From positions 4,092,001 through 4,156,000 of the forward strand of contig CM035362.1 of NCBI GenBank assembly GCA_020137815.1: a stretch of 64,000 bases of DNA. Reading direction: 5' to 3'. The first letter of the stretch is position 1; each line of letters opens with the position of its first letter. Below, one piece after another: positions 56,200 through 64,000 of this stretch. The position numbers were made by a program, and so were the translations under genes. The DNA comes from Hormiphora californensis. Lineage: Eukaryota > Animalia > Ctenophora. The notes beneath the pieces are model-generated. The model had not been told where the DNA came from. It worked only from the letters and a program-made list of their open reading frames with translations, and ran no database searches.

Positions 56200-57948
56200 T
56201 GTGGCAGGATTGGTTAACACAGCAGCAATGTGAGTTACATTTTTTGTAGTAGTTATAGTTGATATATGGGGAGATCACTACTGTACCTTTTTCTTGATGC
56301 TGATGCTATATTTGACACATATTTATTTGGGTATATATTGTATAACGCTGCTTGTTATATTTTACCAACAACGAGAATGGGATAGCCAGTGCGGAGTGTC
56401 GTAATTTATAATGTGAAGCACCCAACAATTTATTATGTATTAATTATTAATTAATTAATTAATTATTGATATTTTCAGCTCTACCCAGTCTCCTCCACAA
56501 GTTCCGGCAAGACAGGCCCAAGATAGGATGGATAATGTTGTGAACCAGGCTCAGCAGTTCATTACTAGATTTAAGACTTGCGTGGAAAACACCTGGTTCA
56601 CACATAGTCTGTGGGGGAAGGATAATTATTTTAGTTCCAGGTACCATATATCATGTTGAGATTCTTGTCATAATTTCTAGAATCGATCTTATGTAAATTG
56701 CTATCTAGCTCCATTTCTCTCTGTTTCTCTGTTTTCCCTCTCTCACATGATATTATTCAGATCCATTGAAGAATTGGGGAAATTCCACATGGAGCTCGAG
56801 AACGACATTGGGAGCCCGATTGTGGACGTTGCTGCCGGACCACTTTCCAGATGCAGGACATGTAACCTGGTAGTAGAGGGCCAGTTAAAGAGGGAGAAAC
56901 ATGCCAAATCTCATCAGCCTTCCTCCACCATGGCGCCAGTGCCCAGTGTTGCGGCTACATGGACGAGGCCTACAACACCGCCCGATTTGAGTCAGCTGAA
57001 ACTTCTGTCGACCTACCCACCCCAGGTTGGTTAATGGAACTAAGGCTTTCCTAATCACGCACAAATTTAATTTCAAACATTTCAAAATCTAACTTATCAG
57101 ATCAACCAACTGAACATGAATGTTCTAAGAACGACGCTGAAGAGGGTTGCAGCAGCTAAAGGAACAACCGACCTCGGCACGGCCATTAAGGCATTCCTCC
57201 AAGACCAAACAGCAGTTGCTACGGTCCATCCTGGCTGCCTGGAAGTCCTACTGGTGTCCTGTTCTATTGGGGGGTCTGAGGCAATAGCTGAGACAATAGG
57301 TGGTGACCTGGAATGGTACCACCAGAACCGATACTTCAATTTCGGCGATGGTGTTAAAGATGAAATGTACGTATCTTAACTAATAACAGTAAATTTTGTG
57401 CGGTCAGAGAAATTGGATTTACTTGTTTCTTGGAGTACATATCTTTCTTTGAAAGAAAACGTTCCATACAATGAACAAGTTGAATTGTTTCAGGTTACAG
57501 AAAGAGATATTTGTCAGACGGAACGGGCCACCTATCGTCCATTCCCAAGATCTAATAGACAAGGTGGCCAGAGAGATGCTGAGCGATGAACCACTAGAGT
57601 CGCCACTACAGCCTACCTGACCCCGAACACAAATGGTACACCACACTCGGTGTATCAAAACACTTTGAGAAAGGGGAAAGTAGTTGAAAAGAAACTGAAG
57701 GAGCCTGCCAGTGCATTTAAATTTTAATTTTTAATGTTTCAGTGTGCGTCTGTGTGTGAGAGAGTGCGTCTTTGTGTTTTTATCATCTACAAAACCAGTA
57801 CTTCCCTACTAGTTCGTGAACTAACGAGCATCAATGGAAACCCCCTATCCTGACCTCTCCTTCTTCCAAATTCCCCCTTCCAGATTTGACTAAACATTAC
57901 TCTTTTAACTTGTTTACCAATTCGTAAAATCTAAACTTTCTCTATTCT

Positions 57949-58097
57949 ATTATGCCAAAAACTAACAGAAATTAGTTGGCTGGAAAGGTGACCACTTTTT
58001 TGTCAAACTGACACCTTTGCCCTCTCCGGGTTTTTTCATCATTATCTTTCCCTCTCTGATCACTATTATTTCTCTCTCTCTCTCTCTCTCTCCCCCC

Positions 58098-58138
<41 letters not shown>

Positions 58139-58279
58139 CTCTCCTCTCTCCTCTCTCTCTCTCTCTCTCTCTCCTTCCCAGTTCCTCTCTTTCAGTAACC
58201 CGGCCGGGCAAAGGTGTCAGTTGACAAAAAAGTGGTCACCTTTCCAGCCAACTAATTTCTGTTAGTTTTTGGCATAATT
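57949..58279. mobile_element. MITE with ~73-bp TIRs enclosing a (CT)n tract
   Basis: attatgccaaaaactaacagaaattagttggctgg...ccagccaactaatttctgttagtttttggcataat. Confidence 0.8.
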
Positions 58280-58904
58280 AGGTATATTTTGGTATTTCTG
58301 ATTTAAAATACGATGAAGACATGTCTGGACGTAGCAGAACTTGTAAAGACCGTCAGGAATCGCTAAAATACGAAATTTCAATTTTGACGTCATTGTGACG
58401 TCATAGCGCGACGTCACGACGTTATAACGTCATGCTAGTGAAAAATTAGTATCAGGCTCATCTAGATAAAGATGCTGACCAAGTTTGAGATCGATTGGAC
58501 GAGATTTGAGGTCGCTATGGCGAAAAACAAACTATCGTCATATCTATTTTCATACAGTCTTAACACTTCAGACGCGATTTAAGACCCTTGAAAATAGAGT
58601 TTCACAAATTCGCTATATAGTTTCTGAAAGTTTAGACAATTACCTTTCGCAAGTGTGGTCTCCATTTTTCAATCAGAAGCCGTCTCAATGTGTAAATTGA
58701 GCTCAAAGAAATTTGGTTGATTTGAAAAATGTCTTAACTTTATGACAGTATTTCAGGACGTTCTGGTTGGACGGAACATGAAAACCGTCCAATACACAAT
58801 TCAGACGATTATCTTCGAATGCAACAAACGAGAAGTGTCTACTTTATGTAGTCTTTCCAGAAAACTGTCTGCAAATTGTGTAAAAAAGCGTCTATATGTA
58901 TGTA

Positions 58905-58941
<37 letters not shown>

Positions 58942-59209
58942 CAGGGACATTTATTGCTTTTTCACCATGTCAGAACTCTGAAACCCAAAAGAGATAGAGA
59001 CTTGCCCTTTTGAACTCAGTAGATCTAGTCTCACTGACACTGTATACCAATTTCAGACCGATTGGGTGCAGTGGGGGCTTCGCTATGGGCGTCGCAAAAT
59101 GACGTTTTTGGCTAAAAACTGAAAAAACTTATTACTGCTTTCTGGCACGCGCGGCTGGGGGGAGGTGGTGGTCACCTTTGCGCTTGCCAGCGCAGTGATT
59201 CAGGATATA

Positions 59210-60812
59210 ATGGCAAAAAGTAAACCTGACCGACCAAGAGCTGGTAGTTCAGAGAGTCCCGCCACGACAGCCGATAGAAAGTTTGAAATTCCTCCCCTTC
59301 TTAAAACTGAACCAATATACGTGGAATCTGCGATTTATGATACTCCCTGCCCAGTTTTTAAGATTCAAACAATACCAGGGGTAGATGAGAACGATATTTT
59401 ATTCAAATGTGATGGATGTGGAAAACAAGGGAGTTGCCTTCTGGAGTCAGGGTATAGACTTGTTAAAACCGCCATTTTGGTAGAAGGTGGAACTCAAACT
59501 GGGTGCGATGAAATTACAGTGGATCCTATAAAGATGGAAATTACTGATCCTCTCTACTATGACTCAATTCCTACCACATCAGATGCTTTACCACTAATTG
59601 GTGAGTTTTGGAATGTTTTTTATTGTGTTTCTCTCTTTCGATGTATCTTATGTAGATATCCTCAATGTAAATTCTAAATTATCTTATTTTTCAGATGATT
59701 TGTACAAGTTGGTGCTCAGATGAAGGAGAATCTGGTGGTGAGGAAGAGGTAAGCAGCTCTGAAGATGACACGATGTTGGGTAAAAAGAGGAGACACTCGG
59801 AGAAAAAGAAGAAGGAGTTCTGCAGAGTTCTTCCCGGATTCCCACCTCTGACCAAACGTCCCTGTTTCCCAGTCACAAATCCTACCTCGACAAACTGTTC
59901 ATGACCAACCGACTACTTCCGATCCTGATTTTCGTCAGACTTCTGCCAAGAATAAAGCTGATCCAATAAATAAGCCTCTACTTTCTTTCCTGTATGGATC
60001 TTCCTATCAGTCAAGTCCGGAAGAGTCGTATTCTCCTCAAACTGTGAGCAATCGAACCTCGCTAGCAATAGATTTTCCTGAAGAAAGTGGGCAGAACGCT
60101 CGTTACCAGTGTCAAATTATGCGGTGCTCAGTCGTTACATCATCGGAGAAGGACCTGTTCGAGCATGTTAGAATTGCTCACTCGGAAAGGAGATACCGTT
60201 GCGATTCTTGTCCAAAGGCGTTTATGTATCATAGTGAGCTTACTAAGCACAGCATGATGGTCCACAGTGGAGATAAACCTTTCCAATGTGACGAGTGTGG
60301 AATGAAATTTGGACTGAAAGTTACTCTAAAGCGACACCGGGATTCTATTCATAATGAGAATAAGGTGGTTTCATGTCGTATCCAGAAATGTGGAGTTAGA
60401 TTACCAAAGAGTGAGTTACATGAGCACATCAGAACTGCACATCCAAAAGAGAAGTTCCAGTGTGAAGTTTGTCCCATGAGTTTCAAGCGATCAGACCTAT
60501 TAAATAAACATAAGCGAAAACATGATGGAAATAAACCATTTGAGTGTGAGATTTGCAAGAAAAAATTTGCTACTAACAGTTCCTATAAAAAACATTATAA
60601 TTTACATACTGGAGAGAGTCCATTCAAATGTGAGGTCTGTGTCCATTAAATGTGAGGTCTGTGGTAAAGCATTTTCTCAGGCAGTTCATATGAGAAAGCA
60701 TTTGAGGTCACACACTGGCGAAAAACCGTTTCCATGTTCATTCTGTGAGAAATGTTTCACGTCTTCTTCAGATAGAAATGTTCATGAGGTTTCCTGTTCT
60801 GCAAAACAGTGA
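59210..60812 (+). pseudogene. ZNF type A gene; frame disrupted near 59900 and by a 22-bp duplication near 60620-60665
   Basis: Exon 1 59210-~59600; exon 2 from ~59695; C2H2 array ending SCSAKQ*. Confidence 0.78.
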
Positions 60813-61270
60813 TACAATGTGGGTTTGGGAAATAAGTGAGAGTGTTATTATATATCTACTGACTATTAATTATGATTACCCGTGCTCGGGTGGCATTATT
60901 ATTCGTGTTTATTTATTAATTATTACGTGGGTGTGTTGGAGAAAAGTTTATTTGTTTTTTTTGTGTGTTGAATATAAACGTAGTCAAACGCAATGAAAAA
61001 GTGACTGATGATATGGTATGTTATATCTAATAGTAGGAGCACTTAGATAACCACGTGGTTAAAGTCGTGTGCCAAACTTTTTGTGCATTGTCATGGCTCT
61101 TTCATTTCACATCCAATAAAAATGGCCTTTAAATTTTCGAAAGATTTTGTCGAGATCTACAAAAAACTTGTGGGTCATTTTTTATTCGATGCAAAGCAAA
61201 GGAGTGACAGTAACCTAAATTTCGGGTGGCGTGTGAGTTTTGTACGTGCATGATCTAAGCGTTCCTACTA

Positions 61271-61369
61271 CAGTCGGACCCCGATTTAGTGGCATCTTCG
61301 GGGGAAAGGGTTTTGTCCACTAAATCGGGGTGCCACTAAACCGGTGGCCACTAAATCGGGGTCCGACTG
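61271..61369. mobile_element. M2 MITE
   Basis: TA|CAGTCGGACCCCG...CGGGGTCCGACTG|TA; absent from paralogous sites near 46332 and 46953. Confidence 0.85.
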
Positions 61370-61464
61370 TATAACAATTTGTTAAGTGTTTATCTATAAA
61401 TTATCTTCTCAACACCACTGTTTGAAAATCAAGATTTAACGCCTATTTTTTCTCCCATCAAGGT

Positions 61465-62200
61465 ATGGCAAAGAGAAAACTTAGATGTAGTACTGGAGAG
61501 TCACGAAATTGCTCCAATCGGCTAGAAAGTTTGTGATTCCTACCCTCTGAAAAAGGCAAATTGAGGTGGAAAGCAACATCAAACCTGAAATTCTACACCC
61601 CTGCACCGACTCCAAGAGTTCAATTACAATTTCAGATAACATTTTAACATTCACATGCGGTGGCTGTGGGTGATCAGTATTCACCATTTGGGTTTAGAGT
61701 ACCGACTAGTTAGACAGCCACTGGTGGAGGTGGTACTCAAACTGTGATGATCCAGTTCCGCTGAGATTCCTGTCGAGGCGTCCAATGTCATCTTGGATGA
61801 CCAAACAATCCTGTCTCAGTTTCTACTTCTTCTGCTGCTCCACAAATTGTTGTGTCTTCTGATAATGGTAAGCGTCAGACTACTTTCATTGATCTCGTTG
61901 TTAAAATATTTAATTGTGTTTATTTCATGTAAAACAGGATCAGGAGGCGATAAATCCTAATGTGTTAGTTCTAACCCCTTTTTATTTTCATGATACTTCA
62001 GAAGATGAGGATTGTCTGACTCATATGAAGAGGGAACCTTTGGTGAATCTGGTGGTGAAGAAGAAGATGCTCAGCCTTGTTCAACCCAAAATCTCACACC
62101 TCCAAACCTCGGCCAGAATCAATACATTTTCCTAAACCATCCCTTCCAATCCAGCCGGTCTCTTCGAAAGCTAACAAGGTATCTGCACCTTCCAGTACCA
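61465..62200 (+). pseudogene. Degenerate ZNF type B copy without fingers
   Basis: Many 1-bp deletions relative to the 47042 copy. Confidence 0.7.
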
Positions 62201-62859
62201 AACAAGATTAAAAATCATTAACATTAAGATAAAGAGAAAGTCTTTAAAAATTTATCGATGGGGAACTTAATCCAATAAACAAGAATTATTGCATTATGTA
62301 TTCATAATGCTGTGTTTCCCTGCCCTACCGTTTCACATGTCAGTGACATTGTCACTGCCAACAGGATCAAGGCTTGGTCATAATGTAATGTGAGATGCAT
62401 ACGATCTAGCTGTCAGTATACTTCTCACATAACTTAGAGTTAGCTAACTCCCAATCACATGACACTTGCTAACCAGCTTTTGACATTCCAACTTAACTAC
62501 TTATTTAACATCTCACACTCGACTCGCAAGATGAAAATGTGTACGTAACACGCGAAACGCGTGGCAGAGCATTTCATGTTTTGTTGAGTGGCGCACGCAC
62601 ACACGTCCATCAAACTGTGTCAATGAGGTGTTTGATGAAGGAGTAGCTCGTCACTGTGCGTGCGGCTCTAGTTGCTACACCGTTGCCCTCGCAACGAAAG
62701 TGTGACCAAAAAATGTCCCTCTACCGATTAGTTAGTATACCAAAATGTCGTTTTCGAATTCTAACCCTGCTATGCCTTTTTACAAAGTAAAAAGGCATCC
62801 GGGTGAATGCCTTCGGCATTCACCCGGGCAGGGAAAAAATATCTCCCTCCAAAACTCAC

Positions 62860-63241
62860 CAAATAGTGATGAAACAGCTGATGTGGTAGGAACTGAGTCA
62901 TAGTACAAAGGATCAGTAATTTCCATCTTTACAGGATCCATTGTAATTTCATCGCACCCAGTTTGAGTTCCAACTTCCACCAAAATGGCTGTTTTGACAA
63001 GTTTATACCCCGATTCCAGAAGGTAACTCCCTGGTTTTCCACAGCCATCACATTTGAATAAAATATTATTCTCCTCTACCCCTGGTATTGTTTGAATCTT
63101 GAATACTGGACAGGGAGTTTCCACGTATATTGGTTCAGTTTTCAGAAGGGGAGGAATTTCAAACTTTCTATCGACTGCAGCTGTCATGACGGGGCTTTTT
63201 GAACTAACAGTTCTAGGTCGGCCAGCTTTTCTTTTTGCCAT
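62860..63241 (-). pseudogene. ZNF type A first exon, preceded by a finger remnant at 63260-63470
   Basis: MAKRKAGRP...KFEIPPLLKTEPIYVE...FKCDGCG...EVGTQTG. Confidence 0.75.
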
Positions 63242-63696
63242 TGTATCCTGTATGAAATAGAGAAAGTTCATAAACTGCTTGAGAAAACATTTTACCACAC
63301 ACATTACATTTGAATGGACGCTCTCCAGTATGTGAACTAATATGCCGTCTATACTCTATAATTATTTGATTGAGAAAACTTCTTCCCATATATGACATAC
63401 CTTACACTCGTATGGTTTATTTCCATGGAAATAAACATAATGCACTATGTTTTCGCTCATGTTAACTTAAAGCTGGCCGATAGTAAAACGCTCCCCCAAA
63501 AATCTGGGTGTTTCGTGGCCTGTTTAATTTTTACGAAGGCCGGGCTACCGGTTCAAATAGAATATATGTCAGTACAATATTATTTACATGAATAGGTATA
63601 AAAATAAAATTTACTCTTACGGGTGTAATAAGTTAATTATAAATAAATCAGATAATAAGATGAAAATCGTTTGTTTTGCTACAAAAGTGTGTCCAT

Positions 63697-64000
63697 TTAT
63701 TGCCCCTGTAGTCTGTACCCCCTGATGGCGATGAGAATAGTCTTCAACAGCGAGAAAGACAGACGGAGACGAATGTACCGGATGGCATCGTTGTAAGTGT
63801 GTCCCGTCTTGTCTGATAGAAGTTTAGCAACCTTCTTGTAGAACACCTCCGCTTGGGGGCCCATAACCCCAGTTGTTGAGAAGACTAGAGGTGTGAAAGT
63901 TGCCTTCTCGATCTGAAAGACTCTGTCGTTGTAATTTAATACCTTTTCCCTCTCGTGTCTCCTCATAGTGTCCTGGAGGGACTTGCCGATGTTGGTTGGC
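63697..64000 (-). mobile_element. 3' end of a CRE-clade (restriction-like endonuclease) non-LTR retrotransposon ORF
   Basis: FTPLVFSTTGVMG...FYKKVAKLL...YIRLRLSFSLLKTILIAIRG. Confidence 0.75.

Larger units (their letters stand above)
48912..57620 (+). pseudogene. Multi-exon hAT-superfamily (KIAA1586/ZNF862-like) transposase, disrupted by a LINE
   Basis: Exons at ~49139, 49603 (FANMRKAIRNHFSSDDHIRNC), 50002 (GIDVGDQDLS), 54801 (LAVIIDGVT), 54927 (FITDGH), 55246 (WDYGH), 57101 (SEAIAETIG), 57494 (IFVRRNGPP); D-D-(CxxH-like)-E order. Confidence 0.65.

Overview
Repeat-rich animal genomic DNA with short GT-AG introns and one 100-N scaffold gap. It is probably from a ctenophore (inference from the secreted-domain family and the MITE family). 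Left 36 kb: the N-terminal/HEAT-FAT part of an SMG1 (NMD PIKK kinase) gene on the minus strand; no kinase exons were found in the window. Its introns carry MITEs, a Helitron, a plus-strand nested gene and tandem repeats built from its own 3' splice sites, including an 8.6-kb array of ~76 copies of one acceptor plus exon start. A second plus-strand gene lies just beyond the last visible SMG1 exon and is probably also nested. UQCRH/QCR6 lies directly upstream of SMG1 on the same strand. Right 26 kb: two L2/CR1-group LINEs, a multi-exon hAT-type transposase split by one of them, a CRE-type retrotransposon end, and a tandem cluster of ~10 C2H2 zinc-finger genes or fragments sharing an unrecognised N-terminal module (SUMO consensus, CxxC, TQT motif). 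All homology calls come from manual translation and recall of family motifs; no searches were run. Several frameshifts and duplications may be assembly errors.
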